The translations under genes were made by a program, and so were the position numbers. This document shows, piece by piece, positions 53,001-64,000 of a DNA stretch of 64,000 nucleotides. Where the stretch lies: the NCBI GenBank assembly GCA_963924565.1, contig OZ004613.1, positions 13,392,001 to 13,456,000 on the forward strand, written 5' to 3'. The notes under the pieces were generated by a model that was not told the DNA's origin, did no database searches, and was given only the letters and a program-made list of their open reading frames with translations. The DNA comes from Ascidiella aspersa. Its lineage: Eukaryota. Position 1 is the stretch's first letter, and every line of letters starts with the position of its first letter.

Positions 53001-56000
53001 GTGTTGCTGTAAGACATGTGAGCTATGTCGACGTTGACGTCGTGTACAGACTTGCTTTCGGCTTCCCGTTGGAAGTTCAAAATGGCCCTTCTGCAGTTCT
53101 TGTTGAAAATGACCACGTGACTGCCAAATTAATAGAAAGTTGGCGAAGTCTCTTCTTTTTTAAACCTTTGCTATAACAGCCGCCTTTGTGATTTTCACAC
53201 TTTTATATACAAGTTTTTTATTTGACAATTTAAGCAAAATTTAATAGCGTTAGATAATTTTGAACACGGCAGTTTATTTGTAAGAGCAAAAATGTAGCTT
53301 ATTGTCATTTCATTTTTAGGTTAATTCGCTTTTTTTTACCATTTGTAACTAAACACTCACTACCTTTCCGGCAAAAGGGTCTAATATATACATGTGATAA
53401 AAATCCAATATTCGTTTATATCTTTGTTTTAACAAATGACAGCTTACACTCTACAACTAAAATGTTGTTTGTATGACAAGGATTTTCCATATCAGGGTGG
53501 TATGATAAGAGTTATTTTGAATGCAGAAAGTTTCATCACAGGGATCGGCAAACTATTCAGCACGCGGACGAGATCTCCAGTAAACCAACCAAACCATCTC
53601 CACCCGGCACGCTACCTTTTTTTACAAACATGGCCGTAAATGCCGAAAAAGCATTTATCGTTTTTCCATTAGTTTATTTCATTAAACCTTTTCATGGATG
53701 ACGCCAATGGACTTCAATCTTACACCAAACAAACGCATTCGTGCAGTTACTGCCTGTACTTCCAAATAATTACACCAATTTTTAATTGTAAACCAACCCC
53801 CCATATACACCCTGATCGACGGTTGTTTTCATAAAATGTCTAAAAATACACATTTTAACAAAAATATTGTCAGATTTGTTGTTAAGAGGCCTAGCTAAGT
53901 TTGGCATTAACGACCAAAATATGTTGCAATTTGAGCACCTTTTAAGAACGTTAAAATGAAATATCGGTGCCAAGAGCCGACGATGACGTTTCCACAGGCT
54001 GCCTGATGACGTCACGAGGCCATCACGAAACAGAGGTCCAAGAAACTTTCGGTAAAAGCCAGTTTTCGGCACTAAGACGAAAACAAAAATCTTGAAAGAT
54101 GTAATTCTCCTTATTAATAGCGATCAAAATACAGGAGCTTAATTTAACACAAAAAATGACAAAAGTTGAAAGGTTATTGTTGTGTTTTCAATCACGTTTG
54201 CGCCTTGCTTCTTTACAGAGTCCAAATAAGCACAGTTTGTTGTAACTTAGGTTGTATTCAGTCGAAATCAGTAAAATGGAATGGTAACGTAGTAGTAAGT
54301 GAACAGCCTTTTATAGGCTCACGAAGTAATTACAAACACACCAATTACATTCCTGCAGTAGGCACAAATCAAGCGCGTACACACACACAACGCATAGCAA
54401 TTAAAATAACACAATAATGCCTCGAGCCGCTTGCTCGGGAATAGCGCGGCCAATAAAATAACACAAGAATGCCTCGAGCCGCGTGCTCGGGAATGGCGCG
54501 GTTGCGTTCCACAACACCTCCCCTTTTAAATTATTGTCCACCCAGAACACCGTAGCCGAACCTCCTCGGCTGTAGACGTTGTCTCTTCGAGCGACGGGGA
54601 TTGTCGGGACCAAACCTCGGGGAATCTGGAGGAGTAGGTGAGGATGATGCCGGTATATGAGTGGACGGGACCAGGGGAATATGCTCTGACGGACATGAAA
54701 GTTCAGGCTCACCCGGGTCATCGTCTTCATTAGGGTATCTAGGGCGAAGTTGGTCAAGGTGACGTCTCCAGATTGGACCACGAGGAAATACTCTCACGTT
54801 TGTTGTTCTTCGACACGGAATTTTGTTGCTGGCGTTGCAAGACATGTGTAGGTGATGGTACCATCGTGTCTATGAGCGATCGAATTTGTCGAGCGTTAAG
54901 TAGCTCGCTCGGGGAGAAACCGCTAGAATTTGGGTTTCTTCGGTACTGAAGAAGAAACTCCTGTAAAGCTTCTTTCGGGGGTTTCTCTGACTTCTTCATT
55001 GCCTTTTTGAACGTTTGAACTAGCCGTTCGGCGGCGCCATTTGTGGACGGGTGATAAGGCGCACCCGTTAGATGAACAATACCCCTCTGCCGGCAGAAAT
55101 CCTGGAACTCGGCAGAAACGAAAGCCTGCGCGTTATCTGAGACGATAGTGTATGGATAACCAAAATGTGCAAAGTCTTCTTCGAGCAAGTTCATGGTCGC
55201 CTTGGACGTCATCAATGAAGTAGCATGAATGCACGGGTACTTGGAATAGGCGTCGATCATGAGCAACCAATTGCTCCCCAAGAAATTCACAGCATGGTCG
55301 ATGTGAACACGACTCCATGGTTTTTCAGGAATCATCCATGGATGGACAGAAGGTTTAGTAGGAAGGTTTTGCTGTTCTCCGCATATGGAACATTTTCGGC
55401 AAAGATTCAGAATATCGTCATCAATGTTCGGCCAGTACACTGCAGACCTAGCCAACTGCTTCATCCTTTGGATGCCAAAGTGACCTTGGTGTAGTAGTTG
55501 TAGAACGTGTTGTCGTAGCTTTTGCGGAATAACCAATCGAGTTCCATAGAACAGACAACCATGAGAAACTGTCAATAAATCAGCAGACCTGCGAAACTTT
55601 GCAGCTAGGTCATTTGGGGGAGTTGTTGGCCAACCGTGTTGGACAAAACGCATGACTCGGGAAAGAACATCATCTTTTCCGGATTCCTTCTTCATGGTGT
55701 TGGGGTCTGTGGGCTGGACTTGACGACTTAGCGTAGTGATGGTGCAAACAGTGTCGACATCATCTGTAGTTTCCTCTTTGTCAAAATAGGCATCTTCCCC
55801 TTCTGGTAACCGGCTGAGTGCATCGGCGTTCTGGTGACTGGCGGTCTTCCTGTACTCGATTTTGTATTTAAACTGACCAAGGAAAAGCGCCCATCGTGCT
55901 AACCGATTTGCCGCAAGTGGAGGAGTTGGCTTTGTAGGACCAAAAAGTGCCAACAGTGGCTTGTGGTCGGTGACAAGAATGAATTCACGACCAAAAAGAT

Positions 56001-59000
56001 ACTGGTAAAATTTCTTCAGTGCGAAGATAATTGAAAGAGCCTCTTTTTGAATTTGGCTGTAGTTGCGCTGACTGGAGGAGAGCAACTTTGAGACATTGGC
56101 AATTGGCCTTTCGCTTCCGTCCGAATAGCGATGAAAAAGTACGGCACCAATGCCCACATTTGACGCATCACAAGATATCCCAATAGGAAGAGAGGGATCA
56201 AAGTAAGTTAAAACATTGTCGGAAGACAGCCATGTCTTCAATTGACGGAAAGCTTTTGATTCTTCGTTATTCCAACTCCAAAGAACTTTCGTCTCGAGTC
56301 AGACGATACAGAGGTTCAGCAATGGAAGAAAAACTTGGTGGCAAAAATATACTATAAAATTGAACCGACCCAAGAAACGAACGTAGTGCCGATGCGTTTT
56401 TCGGTGCAGGCATATTGAGCACAGCATCGAGTTTGGAAGCTTTCCTGATGCCATCTTTATGAAGTAAATGACCCAAGTATTCAACAGTGGGTTGTGCAAA
56501 CTTGCATTTCTCGAAACGACAGCGAAGCCCCTTCTCACTTAAACGTTGAAGCAGTCGACGAAGATTGATAAAGTGATCCCTTGCCGATCAACCGCTGACA
56601 AGTAAATCATCGAGATATACAGCCACTCCTGGGAGATCTTGCGTCATTTCGTCCATAATCTGTTGAAAGTATCCCGGAGCCGAGGTGATGCCAAACGGTA
56701 AAACATTTTGCAGCAAGACACCTCGGTGAGTGCTCAACGCCAACCTTTTCCGGCTTTCGGGACCTAGACGTATTTGGTTGTACGCATCAGCAAGATCGAT
56801 CTTTGTGAAACCAAATCCTCCTCGAAGTTTCTGCATCAAAGTATCTGGAAGAGGTAGTGGATGTCGATGAGTGCCAATTGGGGATTTACCGTGGCTGAAT
56901 AATCCCCGCAAAGTCTTAGCCGTGGCCTGTTGTGAGTTGACAACGGTGCTTTTCGAACAGGAACCACCCGTGTACCCCAGTCATTGAACTTGACTGGAGT
57001 CCAGATTCCTCGGGCAATTCCTGCGTCATATTCACGGGCAACATCTTCTTGTAGCGCAAATGGCACAGAACGGTGCTTAAAGAAAACCGGTTTAGCCTCC
57101 GCTTGAAACTTCACTTCAAGCTCTAAACCTTTCAAGCAACCCAGTTCAGGTTTGAAAATGTCTTTAAACTCGTTGCAAAGACCTCGGCAAGCATCTTGCA
57201 AAGGCAGATAGAGTTGGTCGCCCGAAGTAACAACGGAATTCACGCAATCTTTGGAAGATGAATGATGCAGTATGTCGTCAACCGAAATCTCCAAAGAACA
57301 TATGGTATTGCGACCAAGCAAATTTAAGCATGGAACTTTCGTGACAAAGAAATCTTGATCAAAGACTCGACCACCATATGTAGTTGGCGTCGTAAACATA
57401 CCCAACAAAGGCACTGGGTGCTCTGTCGCAGAATTAAAACGTCGATCAGGAGCGCGAAGCTTAGGCGACCCGATTCTCTTCCAATCGTGGACAGACAAGA
57501 AATTTCCACTGGTTGCTGTATCCAGCTCAAATTCGTAAAATTTGCCAAAAAGTGATACCACAACCTTCAACTTGTGTAGTGGTGAACGAGTGGAAATTGA
57601 CTTCAGAAAATGAACATTCGTCATCGAATTGACCACATCGGACTTCTTCTTGCGGCAAGCATCTTCAGTATGACCTATACGATTGCAATATCGACACGTC
57701 GCATTCTTGTGACGGCAAACCGGCGCAAAATGACCAGTTTTACCACAGCGATAACACCGGGCAGCTTCTTTGGGCTTCTCATTCGGTGCGGATTTTGTAA
57801 ACTGCTTCTTGGATCCGCGCACCTTACGCACAGAACCGCTCGTCCCATAGACGGTTTCCTTGGCAACTTGCGCCGCATCCTCCGTCTGCATGGCAACCTC
57901 AATCGCACGAGAGAAAGTAAGTTCATCTGACTTCAGTTTGAACATGGCCTTCAACACCGCTTCATTGGATATTGAACAGATAAACCTGGTTCGTAAAGCT
58001 TCATCCAACGGATCTTTGATAGAGGTGAAATCGCAAGTAGCAGCATCGTGACGAATACGGGCGGCTAATTCTTGTACCGTTTCACCTGGCTTGCGCTGCA
58101 TGTTGCTCCAAAACGGAAACCTTTCGCGAATAATAAAACGCTTGGGATCAAATTGATCTTTCATGAAGCCTTCAATCTCATTCATTGTTAGATCGTTGAC
58201 GTCTTTCTTTCGCTGGCGAACTTTGTCCTGCTAAATTGGACAGCAGCTTGTAAGTTGTCGTGGTTTGGTTCGTTAAAAACACTTGGGCAACCCTCTTCTC
58301 GGATATTGCATGAGCCTTCACAAATGTTGAGAAGCGAGACCAGTAGTCATCCCACAATTCTGTCGTAGAATCAAAGGGGTTAAAGCTAGGTGCAGCAACA
58401 TTAGAATTGGTAACAGCGGGACCAGAAGACTTTTCCAACACAGACAGGATAAGATTCATTTGCTCTTCATGCTGTCGTTGTTGCTGTTTCATCTGCTTCT
58501 GCATCGTCTCCAATAGCTTCTCCATATTGACACAAACGTTGAGATTGAAACAAGTTGTTCAGTTGACTGATCCCATCCTCGTCGCCAAAAACTCTGTTGT
58601 GTTTTCAATCACGTTTGCGCCTTGCTTCTTTACAGAGTCCAAATAAGCACAGTTTGTTGTAACTTAGGTTGTATTCAGTCGAAATCAGTAAAATGGAGTG
58701 GTAACGTAGTAGTAAGTGAGCAGCCTTTTATAGGCTCACGAAGTAATTACAAACACACCAATTACATTCCTGCAGTAGGCACAAATCAAGCGCGTACACA
58801 CACACAACGCATAGCAATTAAAATAACACAATAATGCCTCGAGCCGCTTGCTCGGGAATAGCGCGGCCTATAAAATAACACAAGAATGCCTCGAGCCGCG
58901 TGCTCGGGAATGGCGCGGTTGCGTTCCACAACAGTTATAACTAGGGCGATTATTTTTTGACGTAAAAAATGAGAATTTTTTACCTGAAAAATTGAAATTT

Positions 59001-60436
59001 TGACAAATTTTGACCTAAAAATAATTTATTTTGACAAAATTTTGACCTGTTGTAAATACATTATTTTAAACATCATATTGTTGTTTAAAGTACTGAATTA
59101 GTGCCCTGGTGTCGTCAATACCTTTTTGATGTATTACTGACTACAATTATCAGTTGTTGTTTTTTTCGGATTAATGCAAACCTCATGAAAATACTTATAT
59201 ACTTTTGTCATTTTACAACGACAAACAACTATAAAAATGCCAAATTAAAAAAATGTTGCCTAAACGTTTGAAAAGCAACGTAAAACTAATTGCAAAAAAT
59301 TAACAAAGACCAAGTTATTGAAATAGGAAATGCGATAATTGCAAATCACAAGCGAAAAAATACAGCAAACACTGTTCAATACATTTGTCAAAATCAATGA
59401 GGCCGGGGGGGTTAATTCGGCTCGCGTATACCATATATTGTTCTAATGAAGGTATAATACAGTTAAAATGTCGTTGAATATAAATCAAAACTTATTTTTA
59501 AATTGAACGACAAATTAAAAAAAGAAAAAAAAAAGAAATTTTGCTAAACTAACATTCAACATACTTTGTTTAGTCATAAGCGTTTTAACAACTTCTGGGT
59601 GGTACAAGGATATTCCAAGGTGGAACGGCCCTAACCAATTGGCACTCATGGCTGGCAGGACCTCACACCGTTTAACGCAGTTGCACAGACCTTCGTAGGT
59701 GTTCAGAGCGTACTGTGTAAACAGTGAAATGTCAGGTCGACTTACAAAAAATCAAAACATGACTCTTGGACTTAACTGCACAGTGCATACTAAAAAATTT
59801 CCATAAAGTAACAAAGGCGAGCTTCCAGCAAACAAGCACATACGGTAGTGCAGGGGACGGGAACCTTTTTAGCTAAGGGAGCCATAAAAGCCAAATATTT
59901 TTGGTTGTGTTTCCATAAGAGCCATATAATACTTTTCAACATCTATCTATAGGTTGGCAGAAACTAGTTAGGCAGGGCCGTTTATTTTGTTCTCATTTAA
60001 AGGACATAACACGCTATAAACCAAAAATGAATTAGCTAGGTTGCACAACTTTTATTGCGGAACCCCGTCGGAAGAGCTGGCCCTTGTGAATATTAAGAGA
60101 ATCCCTCAAACATGATAACAGTCTCAAAAAAACAATTTTTCTGCAAGCAAGATTATTTTATCAAAAGAACATATGGCGTCACAAAAAGAGCTATACATGG
60201 CTGGCGAGCTATAAGTTTCCGGCCAATGCTGTAGTGTATACCTTACGGGAGTGACCCCAAAACCAGTGGCGGTCATAGTCGCTTCCAATTTCTCTCGTTA
60301 GTTTCAGGAATTCCGATCGTTGTTTGACCAGCGGAATAGCAACCACTATAAGAAGAACTGCGACGATTGCTAAGAGGAATAAGAAGCTTGACCAGCTACT
60401 TACCAGAAAATGGTTTACAATATAAGAAAAATACAT
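47074..60436 (-). CDS. Cytochrome P450, CYP4 clan (CYP-D), 11 exons, reading frame intact, Gypsy insertion in intron 2
   Basis: Exons approx. 60242-60436, 59565-59712, 53939-54071, 52959-53120, 51802-51961, 51152-51304, 49368-49455, 49205-49304, 48567-48783, 47949-48031, 47074-47242; [45 protein letters not shown]|NCIGQHFA. Confidence 0.9.
47709..47783 (+). pseudogene. tRNA-like sequence (tRNA pseudogene or tRNA-derived SINE head) in CYP-D intron 10
   Basis: A-box AGCTCAGTTGGTAGA; stem CGGTC/GACCG with a 7-nt loop CCGGTGT; variable loop GAGGTC; T-arm GTGAA-TTCGAAC-CTCAC; acceptor stem pairs poorly. Confidence 0.65.
54178..54516 (-). repeat. 3' LTR of Gypsy element 2
   Basis: TGTTGTG...CACAACA; contains an internal ~50-bp tandem duplication. 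Confidence 0.95.
54531..58525 (-). pseudogene. Disrupted gag-pol of Gypsy element 2
   Basis: Two zinc knuckles ([28 protein letters not shown]); protease FELDTA; [18 protein letters not shown]; RNase [19 protein letters not shown]; integrase H..H..C..C, HIDHA, VSDN, NGAAER; split by frameshifts, a stop and a deletion. Confidence 0.93.
58570..58587 (-). other. Primer-binding site complementary to the tRNA-Ser(GCT) 3' end
   Basis: Plus strand ATCCCATCCTCGTCGCCA matches the recalled 3' 18 nt of animal tRNA-Ser(GCT) including CCA. Confidence 0.8.
58595..58933 (-). repeat. 5' LTR of Gypsy element 2
   Basis: Direct repeat of 54178-54516. Confidence 0.95.
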
Positions 60437-60841
60437 ATTTTTAAAAAGGCACTTAACTGCAAAAAGAAATCAAGAACAACTTCGTTGGGTTTAGCGATCC
60501 ATTTGTTAGATTACCTAATAATTAATGGATAAGGAAACTTAAAGGACGTTTCACTATGTATATATCAGCTGTAATGATAAATCTCCAAGTAAACCTAACA
60601 TGAAAACAAAAGACTGATTTAAACCAACTATACATTTAAGGTATACCTTACACGTTCACACTCCACATATAGATACCTTGTCCTGGAAACAGTTTGAAGT
60701 AAATATTAAAGCACACAAAGCCGCCATGGTTATATTCCCACGAACAATTAAAAGCTGTCGGCAGCGTTTTCCAAAGTATCCTGGTGTTACTCTATTTGCT
60801 TCACTTCCAGTAATACGATATACAGATAAGCAATTGTAAGG

Positions 60842-61433
60842 ACGTGGTACACAACCCTTTGGCGTCTTTGTTGTCAGTCTCGGTCTAAAGATTTAGGACG
60901 AGCGATCTGTCATATATGCGTTAAACAAAATTGATTGATTTGTTATGGAATAGTAAGATGGATAATTTTATTTCCAGCCTGAATCTAACAATTACACAAC
61001 CAACTCAAGCTTTTTTTTCTTTTAAATTATTAACATAATCATATTTACAACATTGGACTTTTTTAACAGCTATATGTACAGGAGCAAAAACGTACCGTTT
61101 CATTACTATAAATATTAGTTTGAAGTAGATATTCTTCTATAACTTTTTTCTATTTGTTATTCAAACAGTGGTGTACAAATATCCTAATGTTCAAAGAAGA
61201 TTTTTTTTATTAGAACGATTTACGTTAAAATATCGATTTACGTAAAAATATATATTCGGCACACCAGCAGTAGTTTCAATTACATGGCCGCATTTTTATT
61301 TTATTTTTTAAATACATTTTTTTATTATGGATTACTGTAAAAGTTAAACTAATTATAATCAGTAATTAGCGTACTTTTGTAGTTTAATAAGTAAACTTAC
61401 TGTTTTGTTTTTCTGTTGCAATAATGTTTCTAT
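60842..61433 (+). repeat. Near-identical direct repeat, copy 1 (between the CYP-E 3' end and the CYP-D start)
   Basis: Matches 63410-64000 with only a handful of differences; offset about 2568 bp. Confidence 0.95.
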
Positions 61434-61777
61434 ACCTTTCTAAACAAAACACGCTGATATGGAAGTCACATTGGTAGTAATTCTCCGCCAAACATAGCGT
61501 CGTTTTAGGAAACACAATAAAATTAATGTCGTAGTGATATTATGCAAACGTTAAATGTAGAACTGGTAAATACCAAAATATCGTATATTCTCCCATTTGT
61601 TTGTTAAAACTTTGAAAACAGCTACTCTGACGGTTAATAATTAAAAATAAAAATAGAAATATTAATCGTAAGGAAGAATCACAACAATCATGGTAAGATT
61701 TTTACAGTAAACACAGCAACGATTCATTTGGGAAACAAACGGTCTTTTACATGTTAAACTAGGATGAAATGAACATG

Positions 61778-63334
61778 TTATTTTATCTCTCTCAATTTTA
61801 ATTTTAGTCCATTCGCAGGCTGCAAAGTGATTCCGGGCAAAGGAATTGGTTCCGGTGTTTCGCCGTCCCTGTAGAACTCAAACCTTCGCAGTATTTGGCC
61901 AAGCACGACCCTCATTTGATGCATGGCGAAGTGCTGACCGATGCAATTTCTGCGACCATTTGAAACGAACATGAAATGTTTTACAATATTTTGTACCATT
62001 TGAGATGGTGTCAATATATTTATAGTGGGTTTTGTGGCAAAGTTTTGTCCAATTAATACACCGTTGCGACATTTGTTTCGCAATTGAAAAGTTACCCTTT
62101 TTAAACGGGGAAACTATATGGTCTCAAATAATCTTACATTAAATTAAAATATTGTTTGCTGATAATTCTATTAAAGCGTACCTCGGCCCTGCAGAAAACG
62201 GAATAAAGACAAATGATGGCCGTCCAGCAGATCTTTCGGGGCTGAATCGATCAGGGTCGAAAACCTGCAATATGTAGTTTTTAATATAAATTTAATATTT
62301 TAATCTCTGGCGGAAATCAGGTCAGTTATCTCTTGGCCTTCATGAGCTTAAGTTTCACGATTTTTTATCTAGATTGGCGCAAAAATGCCTATACTTTCTA
62401 CACAAAATAGAAAATAGAAAAAAAATAACAGCAAATTAAGCTACATAGTTTTGAATATTATTAAGTAAAATTCTCTGCATTTTTAAATCCGGAGTATAAC
62501 TTTCTGTTACGTTCTACCATTCGAGCGCCTTTCACTTTGGGGTTATTCAGGCAAACCTAAATAATTCTTGGTCTCAGTAACCTCGGGATTTTCCCATATG
62601 TGAGGATTCCTGTGCATGGCGAAGATGTTAATGCCAACGAAGGTCCCGCTTTTAATTGCGATTTCCTTATAGTCGTTAAAGCGATGCGACAGTGTGACAT
62701 CTTCGGTAATCTCGCGTGCTGTCGCGAGCAGAACCGGCATAAGACGTTGCGACTCTTTGATGCATTGGGTTAGATAGGCCAAATTCGGCATGTCGTTCCT
62801 TAAGGGGAAATAATTGGTCATTAATTTTATTAGAAAAGGGAATCAATAAATCCTATTTCAATGCACCGAAACTATATGCACATATTAATCTCTAAATGCA
62901 AATTAAGACAATAAGAAACTACATAATCTAGATTACGTGGCCCATACTTTGAATGATTTTAAATGTTTTTTGAATCGGTGTACTCAACAATTTGTTAGTA
63001 TCAATGTTTTTGCCGACAACTAATTGATGTAACGTCAGTCGAATATTTGTCATATTACTAGCGAAAACAAAATCGAGAACAGTTTATTGCAACGCCGGAA
63101 TTGTTGTTTGAACTCTGTTTTCTAACCTTCCTAGTTTTAATAATAACCACGAAGTGAGGCGGAAAGTGGTTTCCCGTAAAGTGTGAGGTAAAGTTGTATT
63201 TCGTAACTCAGCCTTATCGTTGTTGGCTTACCAGCATATTTCGGAACTCGTTCCAACAGCTTCCATGATCTCATCGCGACACTTTTGTTGAATCGTTAGG
63301 TGGTTGGCCAAATAATACAAAACCCAGCACAAAG
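61778..63334 (-). pseudogene. CYP4-clan P450 fragment (CYP-E), exons 8-11 only; exon 7 disrupted
   Basis: Exons 63232-63334, 62582-62798, 62182-62264, 61778-61949 in frame (ESQR, FDPDRF, FSAGPR|NCIGQHFA); at the expected exon-7 position only AGTG|GTAAAT remains before the repeat starting at 63410. Confidence 0.75.
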
Positions 63335-63409
63335 CTTAAGAGTATATATGAGTTTGATTATACGTATTATGTTCTACTGCATAGATTTACCACTTTTTGT
63401 AACAGCAAA

Positions 63410-64000
63410 ACGTGGTACACAACCCTTTGGCGTCTTTGTTGTCAGTCTCGGTCTAAAGATTTAGGACGAGCGATCTGTCATATATGCGTTAAACAAAATT
63501 GATTGATTTGTTATGGAATAGTAAGATGTATAATTTTATTTCCAGCCTGAATCTAACAATTACACAACCAACTCAAGCTTTGTTTTCTTTTAAATTATTA
63601 ACATAATCATATTTACAACATTGGACTTTTTTAACAGCTATATGTACAGGAGCAAAAACGTACCGTTTCATTACTATAAATATTAGTTTGAAGTAGATAT
63701 TCTTCTAAAACTTTTTTCTATCTGTTATTCAAACAGTGGTGTACAAATATCCTAATGTTCAAAGAAGATTTTTTTTATTAGAACGATTTACGTTAAAATA
63801 TCGATTTACGTAAAAATATATATTCGGCACACCAGCAGTAGTTTCAATTACATGGCCGCATTTTTATTTTATTTTTTAAATACATTTTTTTATTATGGAT
63901 TACTGTAAAAGTTAAACTAATTATAATCAGTAATTAGCGTACTTTTGTAGTTTAATAAGTAAACTTACTGTTTTTTTTTCTGTTGCAATAATGTTTCTAT
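63410..64000 (+). repeat. Near-identical direct repeat, copy 2 (runs off the window)
   Basis: Matches 60842-61433. Confidence 0.95.

Larger units (their letters stand above)
54178..58933 (-). mobile_element. Ty3/Gypsy LTR retrotransposon (Mag-like), recent insertion, same orientation as the host, in CYP-D intron 2
   Basis: 339-bp LTRs at 54178-54516 and 58595-58933 (3 differences seen); perfect TSD GTTAT; PBS 58570-58587; PPT AAAAGGGGAGG (54517-54527). Confidence 0.97.

Noticed and set aside
54166-54417. Near-identical ORFs at 54166-54417 and 58622-58834
   Set aside because: They are antisense readings of the two LTRs
59850-60210. Additional CAGGG/CAGTG-starting MITE-like ends (also near 9283, 15038, 23096, 29834, 41906, 53538)
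   Set aside because: Probably hAT MITE remnants, but I could not define both TIRs and a TSD, so they are not annotated

Overview
Eukaryotic (animal) genomic DNA, AT-rich and intron-containing; an invertebrate chordate such as an ascidian is plausible but is only my inference. The window holds a tandem array of five CYP4-clan cytochrome P450 loci on the minus strand. CYP-A (5063-11959) has its last two exons beyond the left edge. CYP-B (15509-20437) is a pseudogene. CYP-C (22560-28857) and CYP-D (47074-60436) each assemble into 11 in-frame exons. CYP-E (61778-63334) shows only exons 8-11 and is broken at the I-helix exon by a near-perfect duplication. Between CYP-C and CYP-D, on the plus strand, lies a 6-exon gene for an SdsA1/BDS1-type (metallo-beta-lactamase fold) alkyl sulfatase (41592-45585) with a putative signal peptide and two in-frame stops. 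It sits about 0.7 kb downstream of a duplicated non-coding block containing ARE/AP-1, E-box and nuclear-receptor-like motifs. Mobile DNA: two full-length but defective Ty3/Gypsy elements in CYP introns (85-4991; 54178-58933), a degenerate BEL/Pao element, hAT transposase relics, several hAT MITEs, a fold-back element and a tRNA-like sequence. The most interesting hypothesis is a CYP4 plus alkyl-sulfatase cluster for alkyl-sulfate/alkanol metabolism, with paralog-specific remodelling of the P450 I-helix catalytic motif. All exon models were assembled by eye and boundaries may be off by a few bases.
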